DNA of 64,000 bases. It comes from Octopus vulgaris. Taxonomy: Eukaryota. The notes below the pieces were generated by a model that saw only the letters and a program-made list of their open reading frames with translations, ran no database searches and was not told where the DNA came from. Within the stretch, counting starts at the first letter, position 1; every line of letters begins with the position of its first letter. The stretch spans positions 46,562,001 through 46,626,000 of the forward strand of contig OX597834.1 of NCBI GenBank assembly GCA_951406725.2, given 5' to 3'. The translations under genes were made by a program, and so were the position numbers. Positions 37,008 to 51,223 of the stretch are shown one piece after another.

Positions 37008-40000
37008 TTACCTGGTGCCAAACATACCCGTCTCGTATGCCACAGGCTTCCATCTTTTCACAAACATATCTCGTGACAGACACCTCTTCTCCAGCCTGAT
37101 TTTGCTACTGAGGTGGTAACTAAAAAAGTTAATCAACCCCTGGCCGGAGACAAAGGTGCCTGTCACTATACCTTTCGTACGCGTCTTCCATACTGTTTCT
37201 TTCAGTATGGCTGAAAAAACAAGCCTTTCTTTCCCTGTTAAGGAAAGGGGGCGGCACAATCTCGATGATAGACTCAGCTGATAGCTGTACTCTTCCCATC
37301 ACTGACAACAGTTGTTCTACAAAAGCTATCAGTCCCGATAACTCCGGACACTCCACGAATGCGTGCAAGACGGTCTCCCTATCCTGCTCACATCGCGGGC
37401 ATGTCGGCGAGACGGCACTACCGTGCCTTGACAGCTTGTCGCGAACAGGTAAAGCCGCACGGAAACACTGCCAGGCTAGGGATTTCTGGTAATTATCCAG
37501 ATACCCCGGCCCGAACGTCCTCCGGAACAGGTTGATCAGCTGATTTTCATCGTAGCCCAGGGTCTCCCCCAAGGCGTCTTCGGACTTAATCTCCACTAAC
37601 CCGCTATAGAAATCCGTGGTGGAACTCCTGTTGCCGGCGTTGCCCACCCGAGATAGTAGCTGGAGCGCCTGACGGCACTCCAAATGCCATTCACTCAGTT
37701 TAGGTCTCCGCTTGATCCATGCACCGATGTCCGTTAGGGATGTTAACTGGGGAAGGTAGAACCGGACGTGCGGCGACCACACCTGCTCTCCATCCAGGTA
37801 AAGCCAGAGGTGCCTCAACCTTAACGCGAGTTTTCGCATCCTCAGCCAAGGCATCCCTAGCCCACCCTTTAGCGGTTTCTGGCAGCAGACAGAGCGCTTT
37901 ACAAGTGGCTTTCCTCCTTTCCACAAAAATCGGAAAAGGATTCTCTCCAACTTGTTCAGCCACAAATCGGGGCAAGGCACCACGGTAAGACGGTAGGTGA
38001 TTACTGATGCTATAAAGATCTGCGCCACCTCCGCCTTCCCTAGCAGGGATAACGCCCGCCCAGACCAGGTCTGGGTTAGAGCGGTCACCTTGTTGGCCAC
38101 CTCACTCCAATTTTTCTCAATCTGGAGGTCTGGCCCGAACCAGACTCGAGCAGCTTAACAGGACCTTCCGTCCAACGCCCTACGACGTTATTGGACGGCA
38201 TCGGCTTGCCCCTCCAGGTGCCGAGTTGCAAACCGACCGACTTGTCCTTGTTAACCTTTGCTCCTGCCACCGCCTCGTAGCTTTTTATGGCCTCTTCCAC
38301 CACTGGAAGCTGGCCTTCGTCTGCCACGATGATGGAGGTGTCGTCCGCATACGCCGTAGCTCCTCTTCCACACCATAGATCATGCGGCGCGCCCCCTAGT
38401 GCCTCCAACTTCCGCAGCAAAGGCTCAAGAGCCAATACGTATAGGAGCGAGGACAGGGGACACCCTTGACGAACTGAACGCTCGATCCTGAACGGCTTCG
38501 AAAAGGAACCGTTCACCTTGACTACAGACTCGATGTCGCTATACAAAGCAGCGATCCAACCTCGAAAGGTCGGGCCTAGGCCAGCCTCTCCGAGGACCGC
38601 CGCCAGGTACCGATGGTCGACCCTATCAAATGCTTTGGACTGGTCTAAATGTACCAGTGCTCCCCCTGCGCCAGAAAGCTTCCCCACCCTCTCTAAGGAG
38701 TAGCGTATAAGGTGGAGATTGTCGTGGATCGTTCTGCCGGGGATAGCGCACGTTTGCGCTTCCCCGACAAGTTTGTCCACGACCCGCGCCAACCTTTTTG
38801 CTAGCACCTTGGCCAGAATCTTTAACTCTGTGTTTAACAGAGTTATGGGCCTGAAGTTCCCTATCTCGTCCCCCTTGTTCGGGTCCTTCCTGATCAAGGT
38901 CACCGCCCCCGGCTCGCAGACTTGGGAATTCTCCCATTCTGCTGCCAGTTGGCGTAGACGCTAGCCAGCAGGTGCCCGAACAAGTTTGGCATACTTCTAT
39001 AAAATTCATAGGGCAGACCATCGAGACCCGGCGACTTCTCCCCGGGGCACTTGCCCAACACCTCGATTACTTCCTCGGCTGTGATTGGCCCTTCACAGCA
39101 CTCAGCCTCTCGTGTCGAGAGGCGCGGGCCACCAGACAGGAAGTCCCTAAGGGCCTCACCATGATCCAGCGTCCCGCACCTCCCGAACAACTCGGCGAAG
39201 TGCTTGTGGAGTGCCTCACACATCTCGTCCCGCTTCTTGATCGTGCATCCGTTTTCATCAACAAGAGACCCAATTGTGGCATCGTTTCCACGCTGTGTTT
39301 CTATCGTACGGGCCCATCCGGCAACATTAATTCCCTCACGGCCCAATGCTCGTACTTTAGCCCGGACTCTACATCCCTCATGTTTGGTTTTGAGGTGACG
39401 GTCTAATGCCGTTCTCGCCGCTAAAATGTGAGATGCAGAGCCCAACCTCAACGCCTCCTCTAAGTTCTTAACTAGTTGCCCTTCTATTCTAGCCCTATCT
39501 AGTCTTAGTTGTTTACTAAATCTAATGGACTCGAATCGAATGGCTCTTTTGAGGGTGAACCACCACCGGTTATTAACCACGGCTCCGGTTAACGCCCTCT
39601 GCACTAACACCTTAATCCGGCTACGGTATGCCTCGCGTGTCAAAATAGACTTGTTCAGCTTCCAGTAGCCGGTTCCTATCTTAAGTGTGCTATCTATGTC
39701 CAGTCTACACGTGACCATTCTATGGTCAGTATAGGGCACCTGGACGAGCTGTGGACAACTAAAACTAGACTTATCTCTAGTTCTTATCACTATCCTGTCT
39801 AGATAAGACTTGAACCTTCCGTCGCCACTCATCCAGGTCCACTCTGGGACGTTCGGATGGTCAAGTCTGTAACGATCTGCTAGCTGAAACCGCTTAAGCA
39901 GATCCACGAGACGTGAGTTCACTTTCCTATAGATCGAGCCAACGCTATCGATGTGTACGTCAACGATAGCATTAAAGTCCCCTAATATCACTAAAGTCTT

Positions 40001-40399
40001 CGACGTCACGAGAAAGCCCTCTAGGCGCCGATAAAAATCAGTTTGGAAACCTCTAGCACAAGGTGCATAGAGTCCGATTAACCTGAAGGCCTTACTGCTG
40101 TATGTCACATCAAAGACGACCAGCCCACCTTCTGGGTCTACATAGACTGTACTTGTCTGTAGAGCCAATTCTTTACGGATCAGTACCACTACGCCCCCTC
40201 GCCCTCCGGTCTGGCCAGGAGACATGATTTTCTCGTAGCCATTCAGGAGAGGCGAGAAGGTTTGTAGGCTGTCCAGCTTGGTCTCTGTAGCAACCATCAC
40301 ATGTATATCATGTGATCTGAGGTCGTCGAGGAAACAAGCCTGCTTCCACTTCGAACTCAGACCACGCACATTTAAACAACCAAGGTTAAGCGAAGCCAT
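37008..40399 (-). CDS. Tx1-B ORF2 (APE, RT, zinc finger) with three frameshifts
   Basis: Pieces 38900-40399, 38085-38903, 37129-38100 and 37008-37259. Motifs NVRGL, GDFN, YLDRI, TDH, LDQSKAFDRVDH, YADD, CPRC..LHAFVEC. Clearly homologous to Tx1-A ORF2. Confidence 0.9.
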
Positions 40400-40415
40400 T
40401 ACAAAAGTAAAGGTT

Positions 40416-41843
40416 CTACTTACATTTCGTTGGAGAGGTGGGGGCCGACCTCACCACACGTTTGTGGGCCCCTTCTTTCTCCTCTTTCTTCAGATAGTCC
40501 GGCAAGTTCGCGATATGCCGGATGGCGTTTGGGTGTCTGTCTTTTAATTGTTTGAACGTTGTTTCCGCAATCCACGCGTGTCTATTTCGATCTTTGTATT
40601 TGTTGTACAGTCTTGCTGACTGATGCTGAACCACAATATCGTTTATGTATTTGTCTTGTGTGTCGAATTCAATTAATATGAGTTCATTTTCTTTTTTGTC
40701 TTCTTTTTCTGGGCCAGTTGAGCGGGATTTTTTTTTCCGTGTCTGTGGTGTGTCTTTGTTTTTATTATTTTTTGTAGGGGATGTGGACGGGGATGCTGCA
40801 CGAATTCTTTTACGAACTGGTGTAAATCCCCCCTCTGATACCTCCATGGTATCGTCTGTGGTAGCAATAGTTTGTTCGGTAGGCGCCGCAGTTTTTAGGG
40901 GGGTGGGAGGTTTTAATAGTGTAGGGGTTTGTGAGTGCGAGGGCTGGGTTTTTTCTTCAGTCTGTTTTGGGGTTGGCACCGTAACAGCAGGAGTGGGATT
41001 TTTTGTTTTTGTAGGGGTAGGTGTGTTTGCAAGGGTAGGGACTTTTTTATTATCTGAGGGGCCTGGTGTCTGCGGTTTCTTTTGCTTGTCTGGACAGTCT
41101 ACACGAATGTGGCCCTTTTTGTTGCAGGCGTAACAGGTGGGTTTTCGGCCTTCGACCTGTACCCTGAGGGCTACGTTCTCGCCCACGAGCACCCTCTCAG
41201 GAAGGAGCTGCAGGTCCTCCGCTGTTCCTTGAATTAATATATTAATGTTACGCCCGAGCCAAAATCGAGGGGTAGAGCATGTTACTTCTAGTATTTTTAT
41301 TTTGTCCGCCCTTTTATATAACAGGGCGGCCACTACCTCTACCGGATCTACGTCCGGCGGGGCTTCTACAATCCTGACCCGGGACGACCTGCGTCCCCTA
41401 TAGCTTGGAAAAAGTACCACCTCCTTGGTTTTTAGGGGGTTCACAGAATGCCCGCGGGCCATTTCTTCCCCCGAGAAGCGGACATCCACAGTGCCATATG
41501 CCCGTCCCCTGGCGATGTACACGATGTCCTTCCAAATCGGGGACAGGCATTTCTCGATGGTGCTTTTTTCAAAGTGTTTGAACCTTCTGCTTTGTGGACA
41601 GAAAGTTTTAAACACTACGGTCCGCTTCTCGGTCTCCACGATACTGGCGGAGGGTGATATTTTAACATCACCACCCTCCTCTTGCATTCTTTTAAATAGC
41701 TCGACGAGCTGGTTGACATCGATGTCAATCTTCTCGGTAGCCACTGCGGCTACCTCAGAAAATTTTTTAACATTGCTCTCCTCAAGAGCACTACTTTCGT
41801 GAATAATTTCAACAGACATTATTCTGTTGAAATTAGACAACAC
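40416..41843 (-). CDS. Tx1-B ORF1, intact 475 aa with CCHC knuckle
   Basis: CYACNKKGHIRVDC followed by a P/T-rich linker. Lies directly upstream of ORF2. Confidence 0.88.
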   Translation of the reverse strand: MLSNFNRIMSVEIIHESSALEESNVKKFSEVAAVATEKIDIDVNQLVELFKRMQEEGGDVKISPSASIVETEKRTVVFKTFCPQSRRFKHFEKSTIEKCLSPIWKDIVYIARGRAYGTVDVRFSGEEMARGHSVNPLKTKEVVLFPSYRGRRSSRVRIVEAPPDVDPVEVVAALLYKRADKIKILEVTCSTPRFWLGRNINILIQGTAEDLQLLPERVLVGENVALRVQVEGRKPTCYACNKKGHIRVDCPDKQKKPQTPGPSDNKKVPTLANTPTPTKTKNPTPAVTVPTPKQTEEKTQPSHSQTPTLLKPPTPLKTAAPTEQTIATTDDTMEVSEGGFTPVRKRIRAASPSTSPTKNNKNKDTPQTRKKKSRSTGPEKEDKKENELILIEFDTQDKYINDIVVQHQSARLYNKYKDRNRHAWIAETTFKQLKDRHPNAIRHIANLPDYLKKEEKEGAHKRVVRSAPTSPTKCK

Positions 41844-42559
41844 AAAAATTACGAATATTGGTTTCCCACAAAACTGGGAAACCTATAGAAAGTTTTTCTT
41901 CCAAAGTAGTTCAAAAAAGCAGTTCAAAAATTCCAATTCCCACCCCCATTCGGGGGAGGGGCACGAAAATAGTCTGGCAGGACTATATATAGTCACGTAA
42001 ATAAAAAGCCACAGTGGCTAACAGTTCAACGGTAAGAAATTATTCAATTATTTCCCGGTAAAACCGGAGAACAAGACAGTTCAGCAACGTTTAAAGGCAA
42101 ATTTTCAGTAGTAGGAATTCAACAATTAACAACACAGCAAAACTCTTACCGGGAAGAAAACGCGTCCAAACCGTAGTACGGTAGGCAAAGTCACTCTTCT
42201 GTCAGTGAGGTTAGCAAGCTACTTACCACACAGCCACTCCTGCGCCTATATGTATAAAAAACATGAATAGGTCGACATTGGTGACACTGACAGACCCTGT
42301 TCTATAACTTAACTGCGGTTACATATTTAGCCTAGCGTGAACCAATTTATGGCTCTAACATATGAATACACGGAAATACGATTTGTAGTCTTTCTTTATT
42401 CAAATTAGTACGAATATTCATGCGTCTTTTAGAAATATTATAGTAATGCGTATAGCCGTACTCCCGGGTCGTGTATTTTTAAATAATAATAATAATATCC
42501 CATTATATGTACTACCAGAAAGACCGCCCTCCAGTTTTCCCCATTTTTATATATATATA

Positions 42560-43024
42560 CAGTAATCCTCGACTATTTCAGGTGCTACGTTCCAAAAAAC
42601 CCGCGGTAGGTGAAAATCTGCGAAGTAGAAAATGTACTGTATTGTATATATCTTTATTATTTTTATATTTTTTATCAATACCACACACTCGTCTCCCGAG
42701 TTACGTTTTCCATACAGCAGGTGCGATTCTTTTGTTTACTCATCTTCAGTACACCAGGTATTTTCTTTTAGCATATTTTAATTCATGTGTTATACTGTGC
42801 AGTATTGTGTTGTATTTTTATTTATAAGATTTATTAATTTTTAGGCGAGAACATGTTTATTTTACCATAGAAATAATCAAATCTAAAAAAAGTATAAATA
42901 CCTATCGGCCACAGGAACCCACGATATACTGAGGAGTTTGAGATATAAATTTACATATATTTACATAAATCAGCGATGTATTGAGGACGCGATAGGTGAC
43001 GAGTGATGGGACGAGTGATTACTA
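42560..43024. mobile_element. pogo/Tigger-like MITE remnant
   Basis: Left end TA|CAGTAATCCTCG, degenerate right end CGAGTGATTACTA|TA. Confidence 0.5.
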
Positions 43025-43226
43025 TACATAAAGATTTAAATAAATAAACAAATATATATATATATGTATATATATAAAACTTAGATAAAACTTAGATATG
43101 TTTCGACCAAGGATTGGTCCAGGCCATGTCTAAATTAACAGCACCACCTGATAGGATTATTCGAATCCTGTTTAAGTCAAGTTTTGTTCAAGTAGTGAGT
43201 AATATATATATATATATACACGCACA

Positions 43227-43318
<92 letters not shown>

Positions 43319-43688
43319 AACATTTATTCGTGTATGTATGCATTTATGTATGTAAACAGAGCTCAGATAAAATTGCGTTTAACGGTGTAATGTAACACGG
43401 TAAGCAGTCGAGTTGACTTACCACCGAAATTCCGACTTCGACAGCGAATAAAACAAAAAATGATGTTGGAATTGCTGAGAAGTGTGCACGAGGAAGAGAG
43501 GATGAACAGGCAAAATTTAGAGGATGGAATTTTATATTAAAACGTAATTCCTGTGTTGTTTACTACAGAGTAACAAACAGACATGCACACACGTGCAGTT
43601 AGATAGATAGAGAGATAGATAGACAGAGAGACAGATAGACAGAGAGACAGATAGACAGAGAGACAGATAGACAGAGAGACAGACAGAC

Positions 43689-43775
<87 letters not shown>

Positions 43776-43821
43776 GAGATTGAGAAATAGTCAGATAGAC
43801 AGACAGACAGATAGATAGATA

Positions 43822-44255
43822 TGTTTCTTTATTAGCCACACAGGGCTGCACACAGATAGAACAAATTACAAGGTAGAGCTTTTCTTTTGAAGGTTTAAAA
43901 AAAAAAAAAAAAGGAAGGGGGAGTTTCGATCAAAAGGGATCGTAAAAGGAGAGAAAGAGGACAAAAAAAGGGGGTTAAAAAAAGGGGGAGTGGAAAAAAA
44001 AAATTGATCAATAGGGATCGTTATCACAGAAATGTCAATATGAAGTGTAAAGGGGAGGACAGGTGAGGTTTACCCGTGGAAAGAAAAGCCTACGGAAAAG
44101 ACCACGGTAACCTCGGTCAATGGAGTCACATGTTATATTTCTTTTTTTTTTTTTTTTTTGCGAATAAGCAACTCTCTGTTTTCAATTTCTGGGTTCATAG
44201 GATCATGCTCAAGGTGGCTTCGTCATTCATACGTGCCATTCTTGCTACATTCACC
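43822..44255 (-). mobile_element. 5'-truncated Tx1 3' end inserted in (GATA)n
   Basis: Encodes VNVARMARMNDEATLSMIL*, compared with the Tx1-A C-terminus VKVAKMVSVKDDTILSINL*. Ends AGCCCTGTGTGGCTAATAAAGAAACA. GATA repeats on both sides. Confidence 0.85.
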
Positions 44256-44336
<81 letters not shown>

Positions 44337-44724
44337 TCAGGTAGGTAGATAGATGTGTAACGAGCGGGCCTGCGTGTTGATATTTGTTTCCCACAAAGAC
44401 AAGCCACTCCACAAAATAGATCTGATATAATTTACATCACTTTTGGAAATGCGATCTCTGTTAATTCCTTTGACTAAATCATTCGCAGAAGTAACCCAGT
44501 ATGGTTGCCTAGGACAGCTTAAAAAAACAAAAGTATTAAAAATACCCACCCACCCACACGTACCCACCCATACATACACACTTACTGTTGGCTTCTATGG
44601 TGTGTCTTAATATGCATATATGTATGCATATATACACGTGCGCACATATACACAGATATGTGTGTGTGCGCGCGCGCACGCTGTGTCTGTGTGTAGAAAT
44701 GTACAAATATATATATACATATAC

Positions 44725-44787
<63 letters not shown>

Positions 44788-44826
44788 AATATAAATTTAA
44801 TATACAATTATTCATAATTGTAGTGT

Positions 44827-44917
44827 CCTACGCTGATGAGAAAAGAAATTGGGTAAGGTAGAATTATCTAATTCTTATGCTTTCCTAAAACTTGATTTCG
44901 AAACGTACGTCCGTAGG
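44827..44917 (+). ncRNA. Type I hammerhead ribozyme motif with long stem II
   Basis: CCTACG-CTGATGA-GAAA..TTTC-GAAAC-GTAC-GTC-CGTAGG. Confidence 0.8.
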
Positions 44918-45106
44918 TGACTTAAAATTGTATGATAGATTGCCGTCATTTCATTCTCTCTTACCTGTCTGTGTTTGCCTTTCAAATGGTGTGTTTTTAC
45001 TGAGATCTCCCTTTTAGTAGAAAGAATAGCTATAACTCTTTGACTGCTATTTCTAAATTCGGTGTGTGGTGAGGCAATTCGTTGCTAAACCCTTAATTGC
45101 TTAGTG

Positions 45107-45154
<48 letters not shown>

Positions 45155-45194
45155 GATAAATATCAAAGTGAGTTATATACAGTAGCGGTAACAC

Positions 45195-45679
<485 letters not shown>

Positions 45680-45696
45680 GTATATATATATATTTA

Positions 45697-45745
<49 letters not shown>

Positions 45746-45754
45746 GTATATATG

Positions 45755-46314
<560 letters not shown>

Positions 46315-47000
46315 TTAAATCCTTAAAAATGTTTCAGCCCGAAGGCTGCGGCCATGCTGGGGCACCACCGCTGAATGAGCTACACTAATATGTGAATCCA
46401 CCTCTGATACGTGGCACTTGGTCAACAAGGGAGTTCGATGCCGCTGCCCGCATCTGTGTCTCCTGTCGTGAGGTAGGTTCATCTGGGACCCCCACACCCA
46501 CACATTCCGACGCGTGTGTGCGTGTGTGTGTATGTATGTGTGTGTGCGCGCGCGCGAGTGTGTGTGTATGTATGTTTATATAAAAGCCATTTCGCGTATA
46601 TTCTTATTTATAAGCGAGAAGAATAAACGCTAAAATAGAAAAGGAAAAACGAACGGCGGCAGAGGGAAGAACGGAATGGCAAAAGAAACGGGAATCATCG
46701 AAACCGACAGAAATTCACATCAATAACAGATAATAATAAAAGAAAACACTAACCTCTCCATTTCCTAAAATTTTCTACATTCGTTACGTTTACTTTTCTG
46801 AGGCCAAGATTGTGGTATCGAGGCAATAGTATTCTCAAAAAGTAGCACTAGTAAGCTCTCCGTCTACCAATATCTGCCACTCTCGCCTTCTCTCTTCCTC
46901 TCTTCTTCTTGCTTTTCGCTCCAATACTCTTACGCCTCTACTCTCTATCTCACTCTCTCTCTTTCTCTCACTCTCTCTCTCTCTCACTCTTTCTCTCTCA

Positions 47001-47058
<58 letters not shown>

Positions 47059-47620
47059 CTCTCTCTCTGTCTTTCTCCTCTTTCATTAAGAGTTCTCTTC
47101 TGCGTTCATTGGTGGATAGAATGATCGAATGGAGAATTGTCGATTATGAATTACATGCATGCTGATATTTCGGGCAGTTCCTTTTTTTTTCTTTTTTCTT
47201 CAACTTGTTTCAGTAATATCACTGCGGCCATGCTGGGGCACCGCAAACATATATTTTATATTGTACGTGTTTATATTTTTTTCACTGTTCTCGGTTCTAT
47301 TAACGGCGAGGCGTTCAGGAGAGTCTACTAGCATTGATGTACCAAGATTTGAAATATTGTCCAGATAAATCTTGCTGCAGAAGACTAATCAAATTTACGA
47401 TAACAAACGTATTTGAAGAGTCCGAAACCTACGTACCAGATTATCCGATTCTAGGTTCTCCATTTATCTAATGTTCTTCCTGGAGATAAGACGAATTTTT
47501 TTTTTTTTTTTGCTCCCCTCACACGTGTTGGCCAGTATATACACAGTGAAGCTTTACTATAGCGTCGTAAATTTATGGACTGCTATTTCCAGTAAACGTT
47601 GGTGCTTTGCTGTACCACTA

Positions 47621-47675
<55 letters not shown>

Positions 47676-47839
47676 CATATATACGAAAGAAGGTTTGAAA
47701 ATGCAATTTTAAAAGATGTTTATTTACTTTACCGGTTTCACTCTTTGGAAAAAGATTATCAAAAGTAACATGTAAAAGTTTGGTTGCGTTAATTATTGGT
47801 TGTTACAAAATGCTACATTACATATATACAGTTTTTAGT

Positions 47840-48218
47840 AACAAGGACATGTTAAGGACATAAACAAGTTTAACAAGTTCCTTAAAATATTGGGCACAAA
47901 AGATTACAACATAAATATACATTCTCAAGAAAATGTTAAAGATAGTTTCCAGAAGGAATTATTAAAAAGTTCAGTGGGATATTGGTATTGTATCTGTATA
48001 TTCAAACACGCACAGAATATTGGTTGACACAGAGTACTACAATATATATATATATATTCTTTGGTGACAAGAGCATGTTAAGAACTTTAAAAAGTTTAAC
48101 AAGTTCATTGAAATATTGGGCACCAAAGATTACAACAAATATATACATTCTCAAGATAATTTCCAGGAGGAATTATTAAAAAGTTCAGTGGAATATTTGT
48201 ATACACGCACAGAATATT
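47840..48218 (+). repeat. Diverged tandem duplication (~150-180 bp)
   Basis: 47840-48021 matches 48067-48218 (AAGTTTAACAAGTTC..AAATATTGGGCAC..GGAATTATTAAAAAGTTCAGTGG..ACACGCACAGAATATT). Confidence 0.75.
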
Positions 48219-49354
48219 ATGAGTTCATATACTTCTCCGTACACAGCCCTCACTAATGTCCCGTACATGGTACAAATTGGCTTTGGCAACGTTTGAACGT
48301 TGATTAATCTTTAGCACACTGTAAGTGCATCAGGTGAGCGGCATGGGAACATTTCTAGAGAAAAGGCAGTGTGCTAAAGGTTAAAAGCAAAGAGAAACGA
48401 ATCTCGAAAGTTCTTTTTTTTTCCATACTGGACTCTCAATGTTCAAATGTCTACAAAGCGGTAAATTTTTTTCATATTTCAACCTCGATAAACAGAAGTT
48501 GCAGAGGAAGAATAGAGCTACACAAAAAATAAGCATGATACACTATGATGAAAATATTTTCTGTGTTAACTCAAACAACATGTGAATGAAACGAGTGATT
48601 TTATCTGATAACACGATACAATAGTTACCGCTTCTACCTTGGAAGTTTTTTTTATCTAAATGTCAAGAAGTCACGTAAAGATACAGATAGAATATTCACA
48701 ATTATCTGTAAGAAAAAAATTCACTTTTTTAATTTTGACCAAGTTAAAAATTATTGAAATGAGTTGAAAAATAATGTGGGAACAAAATTGCTTTTGAAAT
48801 AATTTGCTGCAATGAAACACAAACTGTACCCCGATTTTGAATCTGAGTTTGTTGAAAGTTATAACATTTTATTATTATTATTTTGAAATTGTATTTTTAT
48901 GAAGCGTTTGTTTTTTGAGATGGTAACGTCCACACAGGTGGAACTGAAGGTGCAGTTTTAGGAGAGAACATCTATGAAAGCCCTATTCTTTGTTTGCATA
49001 TTTATTCTTATACGTTACGGCAGAACCGAACCCAAAACAAGTTAATCTTGTGGGTCACAAGAGAACAACTCCCTTTTGCGACAACAATATATTCATAACA
49101 CACTCGGCTCATTGGCGCAAGGGGTTTGGGCACATCGGGTAAATCTGACCACAAATGCAATGGTAATTAGCATGGGCATTGCAGACAATGTGGGCAATGG
49201 TCAGCGACCGCCTTCTTCGATCAGGAATGGACAGCCTTCATCATCATCATACATACATACATACATACATACATACATACATACTTACATACATACATTC
49301 ATACATACATACATACATACATACATACTTACATATATGCCTATATACGAAACT

Positions 49355-49697
49355 GCATTTTCTTTGACATTTCTAAAGAAATTCTAAAATATCTCAACTC
49401 ACGCACCTTAAATTTCTAATCAAAAGAAACTTGGCAAAAGAGACCGATAGAATAAGTAGTGGGCTTACAAAGAATAAGTTCTTTTGATAATTTGATAATG
49501 ATGATGATGATGATTATGATGATGATGATGATGATGATGAGGATGATGATGATGAGGATGATGATAGTCGTTTAATGGCTTAAAATAATAATCGACCTTT
49601 TGTTTCGAAAAACAATTTTTTGTAAAGTCAGGTTCAAAGTCAGCAGGTGTGAAACACTATTCAACAATTACAAAATAAGTGACACAACTAACCATTA

Positions 49698-49759
<62 letters not shown>

Positions 49760-50637
49760 ACCATTATTCTCGACATATGTTTCGAAGGCTGCATATTCCT
49801 AATTCCGAAGGAATAAGGAGTACATTATGCAGATTTCTCATCAGGAAAATCAAGGAACTTATGTCGACATCAAAACGCACAAAAAACTTTTAGCTGACCG
49901 CTCTCAAGGAACCCATGGCGATTATGAGTGTCTCTTTATAAGGAGTGACGTCAGAGTGGCTGAATGTAGAAGAATCTAGAAGGTTCTAAAGGTTCAAGGG
50001 TTCAAACGAAGTAGGAGGAGGGAGGCATAAGAATAGTAAGGTGAGAGACTGCAGGTCAAAAGAATGGTGGGTTTAAATGATTTCTTTTATGAATGAGTGC
50101 CTATGTGTGTGACTGTATATAACTGTCTTAATGTGTGTATGTGTGTGTCTGAATGCGTGATTGTGTTTGTGGATGGGTAGATGTCAGAAAACTGACAGCT
50201 GTGAGGTGAGAGGTCTGTGTCTGTGTGTTCGATTATGTTTACTGTAGAGAAAGGAAAGTAGATAGCGAAAGGGAGAAAGAATCGGGCGAGGTGAGAGCGG
50301 TCAGCTAAAAGTTTTTTGTGCATTTTGATGTCGACATAAGTTCCTTGATTTTCCTGATGAGAAATCTGCATAATGTACTCCTTATTCCTTCGGAATTAGG
50401 AATATGCAGCCTTCGAAACATATGTCGAGAATAAAGGATATTTGTTAACTAGTCGTTCAACTCCATTCTTTCATATACTTATAATTTTAAAATAAACATA
50501 CAAATTTCCGCACGAAGACACGTAGTCTATGCCCTAGGGACGTAGCTTCAACCGTGTTCTTTCTGATGTGAATTTGCTACCCAGGTATCGGTTATCTTTC
50601 TAATTATCCTTAATAAGATAATTCATTCAACTACTCA
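49355..50637. mobile_element. Penelope-like inverted-repeat element with two intact hammerheads
   Basis: Arms ~49764-49905 and ~50293-50433. Hammerheads at 49767-49849 (-) and 50349-50431 (+). Confidence 0.8.
50349..50431 (+). ncRNA. Type I hammerhead ribozyme with long stem II
   Basis: TTTTC-CTGATGA-GAA..CTGCATA..TCCTTATTCC-TTCG-GAATTAGGA..TATGCAG..TTC-GAAAC-ATAT-GTC-GAGAA. Confidence 0.82.
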
Positions 50638-50640
50638 AAT

Positions 50641-50706
<66 letters not shown>

Positions 50707-50709
<3 letters not shown>

Positions 50710-51223
50710 GGTGTCCCCAAAAATGTATACACATTGAACAGGCTTTGAACAAGACTTTGAACAGGAAGAGTTTTATTTCCAGAGATGGGGCACCTCCACA
50801 CTACCATCGCGATGTTAGATCCTTTCTTGATGGGATCTTGCCAAACAGGTGGATTGGACGGAGAGGTTTTGTCGAATACCCTCCACGTTCACCAGACCTC
50901 ACACCACTAGACTTCTTTTTATGGGGATACCTAAAGGACAAAGTCTACGCACAGAAACCTGCAACAGTCGTTCAATTGAGGGCAACCATTGAACATGAAT
51001 GTACGAATATCCCAAGGGAATTGTTCCATGACGTGTGCCATTCCATTGCTTCGCGTTGTCAGCAGTGTCTGGAGCAGAACGGACATCAGTTTGAGAACAT
51101 GCGATAACAAGACAATAGAATGATATTTGTAAATTCTTTTACATGTTGAAAATTATTCGAATTATAATAAACCCCAAATTTACAATTATTTAAGGTGTGT
51201 ATACATATTTTTGGGAGACCCTG
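50707..51223 (+). mobile_element. Internally deleted Tc1/mariner-superfamily element
   Basis: TIRs TA|CAGGGTGTCCCCAAAAATGTATACAC and GTGTATACATATTTTTGGGAGACCCTG|TA. Transposase C-terminus DGAPPHY..WIGRRG..PPRSPDLTPLDFFLWGYLK. Confidence 0.88.

Larger units (their letters stand above)
36780..42208 (-). mobile_element. Tx1-clade LINE, full length with 16-bp TSD (Tx1-B)
   Basis: TSD GGTTAGCAAGCTACTT at 36764-36779 and 42209-42224. ORF1 and ORF2 are both present. Confidence 0.93.

Noticed and set aside
46790-46880. Candidate 5' exon of the DUF229 gene next to a (GA)n tract
   Set aside because: Only a weak donor-like motif, which cannot be supported without transcript data.
49070-49250. Possible short RTE 3'-end fragment ending in (CAT)n
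   Set aside because: The similarity to the RTE terminus at ~34170-34200 is too short to list as a feature.
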